This document shows positions 40,511-52,156 of a DNA stretch of 64,000 bases, piece by piece. The position numbers and the translations under genes were made by a program. Numbering within the stretch: position 1 is the stretch's first letter; each line of letters starts with the position of its first letter. The stretch comes from Alphaproteobacteria bacterium (GTDB lineage: Bacteria; Pseudomonadota; Alphaproteobacteria; GM7ARS4; G965262615). The notes under the pieces were generated by a model that made no database searches, had not been told where the DNA came from, and worked only from the letters and a program-made list of their open reading frames with translations. The stretch spans positions 576,001 through 640,000 of the forward strand of contig OZ253545.1 of the NCBI GenBank assembly GCA_965262615.1, written 5' to 3'.

Positions 40511-41677
40511 ATGAAAGAGGACTCCTATCTATTTACCAGCGAATCGGTATCAGAAGGTCACCCGGACAAGCTCTGCGATCGGGTGTCTGATGCCATTTTA
40601 GATTTGTATTTGCACCATGACCCTCATGCCCGTGTGGCGTGTGAGACTCTGGCGACCACCAATCGGCTGATTGTGGCGGGCGAGGTGCGCAGTGAGCATG
40701 GTGTCACACGGGCAGAGATTGAGGATGTGGCTCGCACGGCTGTCAAAAACATCGGCTATGAGCAAGAGGGATTTCACTGGCGCACGCTGGAATTTTCCAA
40801 TTATTTGCATGAACAATCGGCAGACATTGCGCGCGGGGTGGATCAAAAAGATGCCCCACAAGGAGCGGGCGACCAAGGCATGATGTTTGGCTATGCCTGT
40901 CGTGACCACAATGATGCCCTGATGCCGGCACCGCTTTATTATGCTCATCGCATTTTGCAATCGCTGGCTCGCGCTCGTCATGAAGGCACAGTGAGCTTGC
41001 TGGAGCCCGATGCCAAGAGTCAAGTGACTTTGCGTTACGAAAATGGCAAAGCCGTGGAGGCGACTTCGGTGGTGGTCTCCACGCAACACGCTGAGGCGGC
41101 ATCCCAGCGGGACATTCGGGCTCTGGTCAAAGACCATGTGGCGGCTGTTCTGCCCGCAGGATGGATGTGTGACGATGACCAATTGTATGTCAATCCCACA
41201 GGGCGTTTTGTGATTGGCGGTCCCAATGGTGATGCGGGGCTCACGGGACGCAAGATTGTGGTGGATACCTATGGCGGTGCTGCGCCTCATGGCGGGGGTG
41301 CGTTTTCGGGCAAAGATCCCAGCAAGGTGGATCGCTCCGCCGCCTACATGGCGCGCTATTTGGCAAAAAATGTGGTCGCCGCCCAACTGGCGACCCGTTG
41401 CACCATTCAGCTGGCCTATGCCATCGGTGTCGCGCAACCTCTGGCGGTGTATGTGAACAGTCACGGCACGGCGCGCGTGTCTGATGGTTCTATTGCCCGA
41501 GCCTTGCAAGAGACGATGGATCTCTCGCCCCATGGTATTCAAACGCATTTGCAGCTGGCGCGTCCCATCTATGAGCGCACCGCCAGCTACGGACATTTCG
41601 GCAGAACGCCTGATGCCGATGGAGGATTCTCATGGGAACAGGTGAATCTCGCCCCCTCATTGGCAGAGCTCCTCTAA
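40511..41677 (+). CDS. metK: S-adenosylmethionine synthetase
   Basis: [35 protein letters not shown]. Confidence 0.98.
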   Translation: MKEDSYLFTSESVSEGHPDKLCDRVSDAILDLYLHHDPHARVACETLATTNRLIVAGEVRSEHGVTRAEIEDVARTAVKNIGYEQEGFHWRTLEFSNYLHEQSADIARGVDQKDAPQGAGDQGMMFGYACRDHNDALMPAPLYYAHRILQSLARARHEGTVSLLEPDAKSQVTLRYENGKAVEATSVVVSTQHAEAASQRDIRALVKDHVAAVLPAGWMCDDDQLYVNPTGRFVIGGPNGDAGLTGRKIVVDTYGGAAPHGGGAFSGKDPSKVDRSAAYMARYLAKNVVAAQLATRCTIQLAYAIGVAQPLAVYVNSHGTARVSDGSIARALQETMDLSPHGIQTHLQLARPIYERTASYGHFGRTPDADGGFSWEQVNLAPSLAELL

Positions 41678-42408
41678 TCAAAAGTTATGAATGTCGGCGC
41701 GGGCGCAGCTTGAGCACGCGCGCGCTGTGGCGATGGCACAATCTGCTGCCGCGATACGCCTTGCCCTTTGACCCCGCCACCGCATCGGTTGCCACATGGC
41801 GACAATGGGGGGCATGCCGAAAAAAAATTGCACTGGAAATCGGCTTTGGCAGTGGTGACAGCTTTGTGCGTCTGACACAGCATCACCCCGACACCAGTTT
41901 CATCGGCGCAGAACCATTCAGACAAGGCGTATCGCGTCTGCTGCGGTTGTTGGAGGAAAGTGACGCGTCTCGTCAGCGCGTCACCATTTATCCCCATGAC
42001 GGGCGACAATTGCTCTACACCATGCCCGATGATTTTCTAAGCGCGCTGTTTGTTTTTTTCCCCGACCCGTGGCGCAAAAAACGCCATCACAAAAGGCGAC
42101 TCATCAATGCCACTTTTATGCACCACGCTCATCGTGTGCTCGCTGCTGGCGGTCGTTTTCATGTGGCATCGGATCATGCCTCGTATCTTTTGCAGATTGG
42201 ACGCTTGTGCCATCGTCATGGCGGATTTGAACGCCTGCCGCCTCGTGGGCGCGCCGCAAGGGAATGTCCGTCTTTTTTGCAAGAATCTCGCTATTGGCAA
42301 AAGGCATGTGCCGTGGGGCGCACAAGTCTTTTTTTCTCTTTTGCCGCCGTCAAGACACAATCGTGCGCCGATACAGCACACCGATGGCATCAGCTCGTTC
42401 ATTCATGA
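41632..42408 (+). CDS. trmB: tRNA (guanine-N7)-methyltransferase
   Basis: [26 protein letters not shown]; SD GGAGG before ATG 41632 inside metK. Confidence 0.94.
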   Translation: MGTGESRPLIGRAPLIKSYECRRGRSLSTRALWRWHNLLPRYALPFDPATASVATWRQWGACRKKIALEIGFGSGDSFVRLTQHHPDTSFIGAEPFRQGVSRLLRLLEESDASRQRVTIYPHDGRQLLYTMPDDFLSALFVFFPDPWRKKRHHKRRLINATFMHHAHRVLAAGGRFHVASDHASYLLQIGRLCHRHGGFERLPPRGRAARECPSFLQESRYWQKACAVGRTSLFFSFAAVKTQSCADTAHRWHQLVHS

Positions 42409-45223
42409 GGTCATAGAGCTGTTGTTCGGTGGCACAATCGCTTTTGTGTCGCAACAATTGACGCAAAGGCACGCTGGCTTTTTGCCATGTAAACGGCGAA
42501 CGATGACACAAGCGCACCACGCCATCCAATTCATGCCACAGCCGAAAGGCTTGGGTCATGATGCGTGCGTCCTCGGCGGAAATGAGGCGATGGTGGCACA
42601 GCGCATGAAGGCTTTGTTCCAATTGGGGATGGAGAATATCAGGATGCTGTGCCGCGTGGGTGAGCAGCCAGCATTGATGAATGGTGTCAATATCAATCAT
42701 GCCGCCGCGCCGATATTTAAATGACCAAAACGCCTCCTCATTATCACGAGGACACAATTCTTTATGAATTTTCTTTCGCATGGCGTGAGCATCGTGACGG
42801 ATGGCATCGGCATCGCGCTTTTGAGTCAGGGTGTGATGGATAATCTCCTCTATTTTTTTGCGTAAAGCGGGTTTGCCCGCAATGACGCGCGCCTTTGTGA
42901 GTGCCATATGTTCCCACAGGCGCGCCCGTTGATTTTGGTAACGGCTGAAGGATGATAAACTGGCGGTGAGCAATCCTTTGTCGCCTTCAGGGCGCAGGCG
43001 GGTGTCCAGTTGATAGAGGTCTCCCTCGCTGGTGGCAGAAGAAATTGCCGTCATCAAGCGTTGGGCAAGGCGGGTGTAATAGCTGGTGGGCGCAAGGGAA
43101 TCGGCGGGCATTGAGGTGGCATCATCGTGAAGGAAAATGATGTCCAAATCGGACGCACCACTCAATTGCTGTGCTCCCAGTGTGCCCAATGCAATGATCG
43201 CCATTCCGTCATCGGCACGCGTGCCATATTGTTTCACAAAGGGCTTGCTCACCGCTTTGAGTATTTTCTCCAGCAACCCATCGGCAATATGACTGTAGAG
43301 CGGCGCGGCTTGCCTTGTCGTGATGCGATTTTGCAGCAGATGAATGCCCAATTGAAATTTTTTATCCTTTGCCCAAATTCGGGCTTGATTGAGGGATTGT
43401 TCCAAGTCGGCGTGCGGCTTCATCACTTTTTTAATCTCCTCTTTGATGGCGGCGGCGGTGATGGATTGTTCATCATAGAAATGACTCTCTAGGACATTAT
43501 CCAGCAGTTGGGGTCTGCGGGCGAGTCGCTCGGCAAGGCGCGGCGCCGTGCTCATGATGAATGCCAGCAAGCGCAGCAGCGGCGGATGATGAGTCAGCAA
43601 CGCAAACAGCTGCACCACTGCGGGGAGATTTTGAAGAAATAAATCAAACCGTGCCAAAGCTTGATGTTGGTTGTCATGGCGGGCGATTTCTTGCAAAAAA
43701 CTCGGCAAAAGCTGGTCAAACAGCGCGCGCCCACGCTCATCGGACAATGCCGGATAGTGAGCATGATGCCAGTGGCTGATGATGCGCGCCATCTGCTCGG
43801 AATCTTGCATGTTTTGCTGAATGAGCCACTGTTGAATGTCTTCGGTTTTGTTGGCGGTGGTGATGTCTGTTTTGAGCTGTGTGTGTGTTTTTTTTTCATT
43901 GGTGATGTGCTCCACCCGATTGATGTGCTCTGTGAGTTCACGGTGCAAAGCATCACCATTGGCATATCCCGCAAAACAGGCAAACACCTCAAATTCCTCT
44001 TGTTGTGTGGGGAGGGTGTGAGTTTGTTGATGATTCATCATTTGCAGGCGATGTTCCAGTGAGCGCAGGCACAGGTAGGCATTTTTGAGAGCGTCTGCAT
44101 TGTGTGAGGTGATTTTTTTCATTGTGTGCAGTTGGTGCAGGGCATCCAATGAGGCGGCGGCGCGCAAATTTTCATGCCGTCCGCCCCAAATCAATTGGAG
44201 GCACTGAAGGTGTGTTTCAATCGCGCGAATGCCGCCGCTTCCGTGTTTAAGATGATAACCACGCAGGGATTCATCGTGAGGGCGATGATAGCTCTGGGTG
44301 AGGGAGAGGATATCGTCAAGGGCGGTGAAATCCAAATGCCGCCGCCAGATGAACGGTTGAATGTAGGACACAAACGCGTCTCCTCGTTTTGTGTCACCTG
44401 CGATGCAGCGAGCCTTGATGAATGCGGCGCGCTCCCAGTTGCGTCCACGACTTTCATAGTATCGCTCCGCCGCACTCAGCGGCATCACCACTGCGCCATC
44501 GTCAGGGCGCAGACGCAAATCCACCCGCGCCACCATGCCGTCTTCGGTGTTGTCCCCCAGCAGATACACCAGCTGTTGTCCCCACCGCCGAGTTTCTTGC
44601 ATGGCGTGGGCACGATCGCGCCACAGGGGATGGTCATCATCGTAGAAAAAAATCACATCAATGTCGCTGGCATAATTGAGCTCACGCGCGCCCAGTTTGC
44701 CCAGTGCCAACACCACAAAGCCACTGTCTTTTTGTGTGAGAGCCGATTCTTTGTGGTGCAACAGAAAATCAAGACAGTGACGCACGGCAGTTTGGGCAAA
44801 ATCCGATGCGGTGCGCGCACTGGGCACAAGGGGCAACAAGCCACTCACCTCACCCAGTGCCAGAGCCAGCGCACTGTGCTGCTTGTGACGGCGCAGGGCG
44901 CGCATCAATGATTCCGATGATTGCAATTGCTGGGGCGATAAGGGGCGTGTCTGCCGAGCCAGCAGATCATCAAAGGCGGTTTTGATGTCGTGTTGCAGAA
45001 AATCATTCAAAAAAGCCATGTTTGTCATCAACAGGCGGGTGAGAAACGGCGAGGCAGAAAAAATGCTCTCCAATAATGACCGCCAGCAAGAGACTTGTTG
45101 GAGCGAGCATAAAAAGTCATATTCCTTACTGTGACGACACCATTGCTGCCAGTGATAGCGTGCCTGTTCTCGGCGCGCGTTTGCCACATAAAGGGGCGTG
45201 GTGATATGTTCCCATGATGTCAT
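42350..45223 (-). CDS. glnE: Glutamine synthetase adenylyltransferase
   Basis: LGKLGA.ELNY.SDID, RVDLRLRP, WER.AFIKAR, second NT domain SDLD...DTRLRP.G. Confidence 0.95.
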   Translation of the reverse strand: MTSWEHITTPLYVANARREQARYHWQQWCRHSKEYDFLCSLQQVSCWRSLLESIFSASPFLTRLLMTNMAFLNDFLQHDIKTAFDDLLARQTRPLSPQQLQSSESLMRALRRHKQHSALALALGEVSGLLPLVPSARTASDFAQTAVRHCLDFLLHHKESALTQKDSGFVVLALGKLGARELNYASDIDVIFFYDDDHPLWRDRAHAMQETRRWGQQLVYLLGDNTEDGMVARVDLRLRPDDGAVVMPLSAAERYYESRGRNWERAAFIKARCIAGDTKRGDAFVSYIQPFIWRRHLDFTALDDILSLTQSYHRPHDESLRGYHLKHGSGGIRAIETHLQCLQLIWGGRHENLRAAASLDALHQLHTMKKITSHNADALKNAYLCLRSLEHRLQMMNHQQTHTLPTQQEEFEVFACFAGYANGDALHRELTEHINRVEHITNEKKTHTQLKTDITTANKTEDIQQWLIQQNMQDSEQMARIISHWHHAHYPALSDERGRALFDQLLPSFLQEIARHDNQHQALARFDLFLQNLPAVVQLFALLTHHPPLLRLLAFIMSTAPRLAERLARRPQLLDNVLESHFYDEQSITAAAIKEEIKKVMKPHADLEQSLNQARIWAKDKKFQLGIHLLQNRITTRQAAPLYSHIADGLLEKILKAVSKPFVKQYGTRADDGMAIIALGTLGAQQLSGASDLDIIFLHDDATSMPADSLAPTSYYTRLAQRLMTAISSATSEGDLYQLDTRLRPEGDKGLLTASLSSFSRYQNQRARLWEHMALTKARVIAGKPALRKKIEEIIHHTLTQKRDADAIRHDAHAMRKKIHKELCPRDNEEAFWSFKYRRGGMIDIDTIHQCWLLTHAAQHPDILHPQLEQSLHALCHHRLISAEDARIMTQAFRLWHELDGVVRLCHRSPFTWQKASVPLRQLLRHKSDCATEQQLYDLMNERADAIGVLYRRTIVS

Positions 45224-47951
45224 GATGACGCACCGTAACATTTTTTTATCCTTCCTGCGAACAAGCGTGTTGTGTTTCGTGGGGATGGTGGCTGTTGTCG
45301 TTTTTCTTGTGTTGCTGTGGCTGGTGTCACCTCGCCATCAGATTCCGCTTTTGCATTATTTTGTATCCGCTCATGCTCATCAACAGATGGGGGGACAGTT
45401 TTTATCCGTGGGTGGCATTTCTCTGCAAAGGCTGAAGCACGATGCATGGCGGGTGCGGGTGTGGGATGTCCATTGGCTGGATGATTATGGGCAGCGTCTG
45501 ATTCATCTGCCTCAATTGGATGTGATTGTGCGCGATGACCTCACGCCACAACGCATAGAACTTGCTCATGATGATGTCACGGTGATTTTTTCCAGCCAAA
45601 GTCGTGAAGCCAGCACCTATGTTCCGCGCGATATCACCCAGTCGCTTTTGATTTTGCGTGCCGCCCCCGTGAGCTTGATTGTGGATGACACCGTGTTTCA
45701 CATAGAGGACATTCATGAAAAACAGCGATGGCGATTGGATGTGCGACAGGCTCACATCAGAGCGGGCGGTGTCAGTCGTGATGTGCGGGGGTTTGCCGAT
45801 GTGGTGGTGGCGGATGACGCACAGCCTTTTGTCAAGGCAGAGATCACATTGCAGCTGAATTTGAATCAGGATGACAAAGGACAGCAGCTGGATGGTTGGA
45901 TCACAGCACCGACAATTGCCATGTCTCATGCCACTCAATTGTGGCCTCGCGCCGCCGAGACCGATTTGCGTCAATGGATCGCCGAGAATATGAATCAAGG
46001 CTCATTGCGGCAGGTGCACAGTCATTTTTCTGTGCGGTTGCAGAACACTGGCGAGACATTTCTGCAACAGCTGCAAGGAGCGATGCAATTGTCTCAAGTC
46101 AGTTTGACCTATGTGGAGGGGCTGCCTGTCATTGAAGGCATTGATGGCGAGGCACGCTTTGATCGATCGCAAATGGAGATTGTCATCAATCAGGGGCAGG
46201 CGGGGATGGATGCTCATCGTCCCGTGCATATTTCTCATGGGCGTGTGGTGTTGAATCAATTGGACAGCTATCGTGAACGGGCACGGGGAGATGTGCGTGT
46301 GCGTTGTGAGTTGAGGTCGTGCCTATGGTTTTTGGATCATGAGCCGATCGGTTTGGGGGAAATTGCTCACGATGTGAGTCCCGAGAGCAGGGGGCAGATG
46401 AAGGCACAGCTGTCATTTGATATGGATTTGCGTACCGTTGAGGAACTCACGGACAGTGGTTTGCGTGTGCGAGGAGACATTGCCGATGTGTTATTGGTTT
46501 TTGAGGAGACGGTGAGGGCATCATCGGTTGGGTTGGATGTCAATACGCGCGGTGCCCAATTAACTGGTAATGGCACTCTTGGCGATTTGGACACCTCATT
46601 TTTCGCCTTCATTTCGTTTGATGATGCCCCCAGCACATACGGCATACAAGGGGTGCTTTCACCCGACCAAAGAAAGAAAACCCCATATCTGTCCTCTGTG
46701 CTGGCGGCTCTGCCTCATGGCTCTCTGCCCTACCGCATCGCCATTGAAGAACAAGACGATGACATCATCACGGTGGATGTGGATATGAGTGAATTGGTGT
46801 CTCATCCACTGTCGCTGTCGGCAACCATCACGGGGGATGAGTGGCGCGGCATCAGTTTCAATCAATTGGCGGTGCGCGGTGATGCCATTGAGGTGACAGG
46901 ACACGGACAGCTGATGGGCGAGACGGGAATGGTGTCTTTGAACACCGTGCAATTTTTCAATTCTGAAGGAAAGGCTTCATTTGATTGGACTGGCAACATC
47001 ATTCGCACCCGCCTCACCATGAGTTCCCTCGTCAGTGAAGATGTGCATCAGTTACTGGATGCTACCAGAGATTTGCCCACAACGCCCGCCTCTCAAGTCA
47101 AAATGATTGTCACCTTTGATATCCCTTCGGTGCGCTCTCGCGATGATGAGAATCATGCTATTGACGCTTTACGCGGCTGGACGATTGTGTCAGACGGCAT
47201 CATGCAGGATTTTTCGCTGGAGGGGCGTTTGCGTCAGGGGGAGCGGTTGGGTCAGGTGACGATGCGTGTTTTCAGGGAGAAGGCAACGCGCCAATTGCAT
47301 CTGGACACCGACCAAGCGGGAACGCTCTTTGCCGCACTGGGAATGACGGGAAGACTGCAACAGGGAAATTTGACGGTGCGCATCAGCTCTCCTCTGCAAG
47401 AAACCCAATGGACGGGGTCGGTTCTCATGGAGAATTTCACCTGGCGGCATCCGCCGCAGTTTATGGAATTGCTGTATCAGTTGTCATTGGGGGAGCAAAA
47501 GGAAGTGGCGGCGGACTCCTCACAGGTGGCGGTGGAGTCGGACTTGCCTTTTGCCTCTTTGCGCGTGGCACTGCGTGGGGACGGCAGCTCGGTGGTCACA
47601 TTGGATGAGGGACGAGTGGAAACCGATGGTTTTGCCCTCTCCTTTGAGGGACAGCTGGACTATGTGCGCGATCGCATGGCGTTTGGAGGAACATTGACAC
47701 CCTATCAGAATGTCAATGAATTTTTGTCCCATGTGCCACTGCTGGGCGATTTGTTGCTGGGCGGCTCTGATGAGGGACTCTTTGCTCTGCGCTATGGTTT
47801 GAGCGGACGCTTGTCTGACCCCGATGTGGAAATCAATCCTTTGTCGGTATTGTTCCCGGGGGCACTGCGCTATGTGGCGGATGGATTGTCATTTTTGTGG
47901 GGCGGTGTGGGACAAACACGCCTTGAAGAGGTCACCGAATCGCCACCATGA
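45222..47951 (+). CDS. AsmA/YhdP-like (DUF3971) envelope protein
   Basis: N-terminal TM, LWP....R.WI..N, C-terminal P.LG.LL.G...GLF...Y...G...P.V.INPLS.L.PG. Confidence 0.8.
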   Translation: MMTHRNIFLSFLRTSVLCFVGMVAVVVFLVLLWLVSPRHQIPLLHYFVSAHAHQQMGGQFLSVGGISLQRLKHDAWRVRVWDVHWLDDYGQRLIHLPQLDVIVRDDLTPQRIELAHDDVTVIFSSQSREASTYVPRDITQSLLILRAAPVSLIVDDTVFHIEDIHEKQRWRLDVRQAHIRAGGVSRDVRGFADVVVADDAQPFVKAEITLQLNLNQDDKGQQLDGWITAPTIAMSHATQLWPRAAETDLRQWIAENMNQGSLRQVHSHFSVRLQNTGETFLQQLQGAMQLSQVSLTYVEGLPVIEGIDGEARFDRSQMEIVINQGQAGMDAHRPVHISHGRVVLNQLDSYRERARGDVRVRCELRSCLWFLDHEPIGLGEIAHDVSPESRGQMKAQLSFDMDLRTVEELTDSGLRVRGDIADVLLVFEETVRASSVGLDVNTRGAQLTGNGTLGDLDTSFFAFISFDDAPSTYGIQGVLSPDQRKKTPYLSSVLAALPHGSLPYRIAIEEQDDDIITVDVDMSELVSHPLSLSATITGDEWRGISFNQLAVRGDAIEVTGHGQLMGETGMVSLNTVQFFNSEGKASFDWTGNIIRTRLTMSSLVSEDVHQLLDATRDLPTTPASQVKMIVTFDIPSVRSRDDENHAIDALRGWTIVSDGIMQDFSLEGRLRQGERLGQVTMRVFREKATRQLHLDTDQAGTLFAALGMTGRLQQGNLTVRISSPLQETQWTGSVLMENFTWRHPPQFMELLYQLSLGEQKEVAADSSQVAVESDLPFASLRVALRGDGSSVVTLDEGRVETDGFALSFEGQLDYVRDRMAFGGTLTPYQNVNEFLSHVPLLGDLLLGGSDEGLFALRYGLSGRLSDPDVEINPLSVLFPGALRYVADGLSFLWGGVGQTRLEEVTESPP

Positions 47952-49200
47952 GATTTTTTTTCTTGCCGATGGAAATGATTTGTTGCGGCAAATTTTTATC
48001 AAGGCGATGGTGAATGTCGGTGATGGTGACATCGCCTACCTTGATGCCGCCACCCTCAATCAGACGGCGCGCCGCCGAGCGACTGGAAGTCATACCTGAT
48101 TGGGTGAGGACATCAATCACAAGAAATGCGTCATCATCGCCATCGGCGGCGAGGTGATACAGCTGTTTCACTAGATGTTTTGCCAGAGACACCTGAGAAG
48201 ATCGTGCGATCCTGTCGCCTTTTTCAAAAAATTGCTCTGCTAAGGCATAACATTCTTTAGCGGCATCGTCACCGTGACACAGGCGGGTGGCTTCATTGGC
48301 GAGGCGTTTTTTTGCCTCATTGAGATATGCTCCCGTCTTGCGAGTGAGTTCTTTAATTTCATCAAGAGACAATTCCGTAAAGAGGCACAAAAAGCGTTTG
48401 ACATCTTGGTCGTCCACATTGCGCCAGTACTGCCAATAGTCCCACGGTTTCAGATGCTCCCTACTGAGCCAGACTGCGCCATTGGCGGTCTTGCCCATCT
48501 TTTTGCCATCGTGGGTGAGCAACAGGGGGGCGGTGAGTCCAAAGGCTTGGCGTTGTGTGAGGCGGCGAATCAAATCAATCCCCGCCGTGATGTTGCCCCA
48601 TTGGTCTGAGCCTCCCATTTGCAACAGACACTCTGCGCGCTGACTCAATTGATAAAAATCATAGGATTGTAGCAGCATGTAATTGAATTCCAAAAAGCTC
48701 AAATGTTGTTCTCGCTCCAGCCTTTGGCGAATGGATTCGGCTTGCAGCATTTTATTGACAGAAAAATGCCGTCCGATGTCTCTGAGAAATTCAATGTAAT
48801 TGAGGTCATTCAACCAGTCATCATTGTGGATAAAGAGGGCTTTGTTGTTTCCATTGGTGTTGAGAAAGTGGGCGATGATGGATTCAATGGATTGGGCATG
48901 GTGGCGGATGGATTGTTGGTCTTGCAGCGGACGGGTTTCGTCTTTTCCCGATGGGTCGCCGATTTTGGTCGTGCCACTGCCCAACAGGACGATGGGTTGA
49001 TGCCCACACTGTTGAAACAGTCGCAAAAGCATGATGGGAAGCAGACTGCCCACATGCAAACTGGCGGCGGTGAGATCAAAGCCAATATAGGCGCGGCGAG
49101 GCTGACAGAGCCAATCATCCAGTTCGTTGGCATCGGTGCAATCATGAACAAAGCCGCGAGCGGTTGCCTGTTGAAGAAAAGAGGAGCGGTGGGCGGTCAT
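47932..49200 (-). CDS. tyrS: Tyrosine--tRNA ligase
   Basis: YIGFD.TA.SLHVG, GDPSG, QMGGSDQWGN, KMGKT. Confidence 0.98.
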   Translation of the reverse strand: MTAHRSSFLQQATARGFVHDCTDANELDDWLCQPRRAYIGFDLTAASLHVGSLLPIMLLRLFQQCGHQPIVLLGSGTTKIGDPSGKDETRPLQDQQSIRHHAQSIESIIAHFLNTNGNNKALFIHNDDWLNDLNYIEFLRDIGRHFSVNKMLQAESIRQRLEREQHLSFLEFNYMLLQSYDFYQLSQRAECLLQMGGSDQWGNITAGIDLIRRLTQRQAFGLTAPLLLTHDGKKMGKTANGAVWLSREHLKPWDYWQYWRNVDDQDVKRFLCLFTELSLDEIKELTRKTGAYLNEAKKRLANEATRLCHGDDAAKECYALAEQFFEKGDRIARSSQVSLAKHLVKQLYHLAADGDDDAFLVIDVLTQSGMTSSRSAARRLIEGGGIKVGDVTITDIHHRLDKNLPQQIISIGKKKNLMVAIR

Positions 49201-49272
49201 GTCATTCTTTTAGAGATTCTCATGGGCAAAGCCAAGTCTTGTCTTATGGATAAAGAATGTTACTATAGCACC

Positions 49273-49914
49273 ATGACGAGACGACTTGGTATTCTGGTGT
49301 TTTCGGTGACTCTTTTTTGCGCAGGCGAGTCTTCGTGGGCGCAGGTGGAGAAAATCCGCTATGAGCCGCGTGTGCAATGGCAAAAGACGGGGATTTATCT
49401 GTCGTTGCGAGGCGGCGCGTTTTTACATCATGACTCTTCCTCTATCTACGGCGATATTGTGGGCGCGGGCGGCGCAGCTGTGGGATTGCTGCTCAGCTTT
49501 GGTGAGTCTCGCAGAGTGCCTTTGTCATCCATGCGGCTGGAGCTGGAGGGCAGCTATATTGCTCAAAAAAATGTGGGACGCACGCAAAACAGTCGTGTGC
49601 ATCGCTGGAAAGCCAGTGGGTATATGCTTTTGTCATCGCTGTTTTTTGATTTGCGCACGGAACATGCTCTCAAACCCTATGTGATGCTGAGCGGCGGCTA
49701 TCGCGAACCATCGCTGACATTGACTCAAGGCAACAGCCCCATTTTTCATGACCGTTCAGGCTTGTTGGGCGGTGGCGGTGGTGTGGGCGTGTCGCTCAAT
49801 GAGGACGATTCCATCATATTGGACATGGACTATCGCTATCTTCATAATTTAAAAGAGGATGGCGTTGGCACAAGTCACATGACATTCATCGGCGTGCGCT
49901 TTTTGGATTTGTGA
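49273..49914 (+). CDS. Outer membrane beta-barrel protein (OmpA/opacity-like family)
   Basis: Signal peptide, G.Y.S.RGG, R.ELEG.Y, KPYV, DMDYRY, C-terminal GVRF. Confidence 0.7.
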   Translation: MTRRLGILVFSVTLFCAGESSWAQVEKIRYEPRVQWQKTGIYLSLRGGAFLHHDSSSIYGDIVGAGGAAVGLLLSFGESRRVPLSSMRLELEGSYIAQKNVGRTQNSRVHRWKASGYMLLSSLFFDLRTEHALKPYVMLSGGYREPSLTLTQGNSPIFHDRSGLLGGGGGVGVSLNEDDSIILDMDYRYLHNLKEDGVGTSHMTFIGVRFLDL

Positions 49915-49922
49915 GGACGACA

Positions 49923-51611
49923 ATGAACAGCAAAACCATGGGCAGTGATATTGAAATAGCGTCTCAGGCGCGTCTTGTTCCTATGACGGAGCTGGCGCCG
50001 TCTCGTTTGGGCTTGGCGGCGGATGTGATTTCCCCCTACGGACACGATAAGGCGAAAATTCCCTTGAGCACGCTGGAAGGACTCAAGAAAAACAAGGATG
50101 GCACGCTGATTTTGGTGACAGCCATGACTCCCACCAAGGCGGGTGAGGGCAAGACCACCACATCGGTGGGACTGGCGGACGGTTTGAATCACATTGGCAA
50201 GAATGCCGTGGTGGCGTTGCGCGAGCCTAGTTTGGGTCCTTGTTTTGGCATGAAAGGCGGTGCGGCGGGAGGCGGTTATGCTCAGGTTGTGCCCATGGCG
50301 GATATCAATTTGCATTTTACGGGAGATTTTCACGCCATCACCTCGGCGCATATGTTGCTGTCGGCGATGGTGGATAATCATATTTACTGGCGTTCGGCGC
50401 CGCACATTGATGCACGACGCGTCACATGGCGCAGAGTGGTGGATATGAATGATCGCGCCCTGCGCTCGGTGGTGACATCGCTGGGCGGCGTGGGCAATGG
50501 CTTTGCCCGTGAGGACGGATTTGATATCACGGTGGCATCCGAGGTGATGGCGATTTTCTGCCTTGCCACCGATATCAAGGATTTGCAAGAGCGGCTGGGA
50601 CGCATCATTGTGGGCTATGATTATGATAAAAAGCCCGTGCGCGCCGCCGACATCAAAGCCGCAGGAGCGATGACCGCATTGTTGCGAGATGCTTTGCAAC
50701 CAAACTTGGTGCAGACTCTGGAGAATAATCCCGCACTGATTCATGGGGGTCCTTTTGCCAATATTGCCCATGGGTGTAACACGGTGCTGGCGACCAAGAC
50801 GGCTCTCAAATTGGCGGATTATGTGGTGACCGAAGCCGGCTTTGGGGCTGATTTGGGTGCAGAGAAATTTTTCAACATTAAATGTCGCAAAGCGGGGCTT
50901 TCACCCAAAGCGGCGGTGGTGGTGGCGACGGTGCGCGCTCTGAAAATGCACGGCGGTGTGGCTGCCAGTGACTTGGCAAAGGAAAACATTGATGCCGTCA
51001 AGAAGGGATTGCCCAATCTCATTCGTCACTTGGAAAACATTGCTCTTTTTGGCTTGCCTGCGGTGGTGGCGATCAATCGTTTTCCCACTGATACCGAAGC
51101 TGAGATCAAAACGGTGGAGGAAGCGTGTCGGCGCGCGGGCGTGCAAGCCATTTTGGCGGAGCATTGGGCAAAAGGTGGTGAGGGGGCTGTGAATGTGGCG
51201 CGTGCCGTTGTGTCACTGGTGGAAGAGGGCAAGGGCAAGTTTAAGCCTCTGTATCCTGATTCCATGTCCTTGATTGATAAAATTCGCACCATTGTGCAAA
51301 AGATTTATCGCGGTGATGATATTCAGCTTCATGCGGGGGTTGAGGCGAAGCTGCGCTCATTTGAAGAGATGGGCTATGGCGATGTTCCTGTTTGCATGGC
51401 AAAGACTCAATACAGTTTTTCGTCTGATGCGGCGGCGTTTGGTGCGCCGACTGGATTTTCTGTTCCTGTGCGGGATGTGCGTCTGGCGGCGGGAGCGGGT
51501 TTTGTGGTGGCATTGGCGGGGGATATCATGACGATGCCCGGCTTGCCTCGTCATCCTGCGGCGGAGCAGGTGGGCGTGGGCGATGATGGCGCAATTGTCG
51601 GCTTATTTTAG
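49923..51611 (+). CDS. fhs: Formate--tetrahydrofolate ligase
   Basis: [45 protein letters not shown]. Confidence 0.98.
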   Translation: MNSKTMGSDIEIASQARLVPMTELAPSRLGLAADVISPYGHDKAKIPLSTLEGLKKNKDGTLILVTAMTPTKAGEGKTTTSVGLADGLNHIGKNAVVALREPSLGPCFGMKGGAAGGGYAQVVPMADINLHFTGDFHAITSAHMLLSAMVDNHIYWRSAPHIDARRVTWRRVVDMNDRALRSVVTSLGGVGNGFAREDGFDITVASEVMAIFCLATDIKDLQERLGRIIVGYDYDKKPVRAADIKAAGAMTALLRDALQPNLVQTLENNPALIHGGPFANIAHGCNTVLATKTALKLADYVVTEAGFGADLGAEKFFNIKCRKAGLSPKAAVVVATVRALKMHGGVAASDLAKENIDAVKKGLPNLIRHLENIALFGLPAVVAINRFPTDTEAEIKTVEEACRRAGVQAILAEHWAKGGEGAVNVARAVVSLVEEGKGKFKPLYPDSMSLIDKIRTIVQKIYRGDDIQLHAGVEAKLRSFEEMGYGDVPVCMAKTQYSFSSDAAAFGAPTGFSVPVRDVRLAAGAGFVVALAGDIMTMPGLPRHPAAEQVGVGDDGAIVGLF

Positions 51612-51613
51612 GA

Positions 51614-52156
51614 ATGGCACTCTATCACGCCACAACGGTCTTGGCTGTGCGAACAAAAGAGCAGGTGGTGCTTGCCGCCGATGGACAGGTGACCCAAGAT
51701 GCCACCGTTGTGAAGTCATCGGCGAACAAGTTGCGCTCCTTGGGAGCGGGGCGAATTGTGGCGGGATTTGCAGGCTCTACCGCCGATGCCATAACCTTGT
51801 TTGAACGGCTGGAGGCAAAGATTGAAAGTCATGCCGGACACCTCGATCGCGCCGCAGTGGAAATGGCAAAGGATTGGCGCAGTGATAAATATCTGCGGCG
51901 GCTGGAGGCACTGATGCTGGTGGCGGATGCCTCGCGCATTTTGTTGGTGTCAGGCTCGGGGGATGTCATTGAACCCGATGGTGATGCGGCGGCGATTGGC
52001 TCGGGCGGAGTCTATGCGCTGGCGGCGGCGCGAGCTTTTTTGACCGCAGGAATCACCGATGGCGAGAAAATCGTCAGACAAGCCATGACCATCGCCGCCG
52101 ATTTGTGCGTCTATACCAATCATCAATTGACCGTTTTATCACTGCCTGCGTCATGA
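51614..52156 (+). CDS. hslV: ATP-dependent protease subunit HslV
   Basis: TTVLAVR, DGQVT, GFAGSTAD, LRRLEA, IGSGG. Confidence 0.97.
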   Translation: MALYHATTVLAVRTKEQVVLAADGQVTQDATVVKSSANKLRSLGAGRIVAGFAGSTADAITLFERLEAKIESHAGHLDRAAVEMAKDWRSDKYLRRLEALMLVADASRILLVSGSGDVIEPDGDAAAIGSGGVYALAAARAFLTAGITDGEKIVRQAMTIAADLCVYTNHQLTVLSLPAS

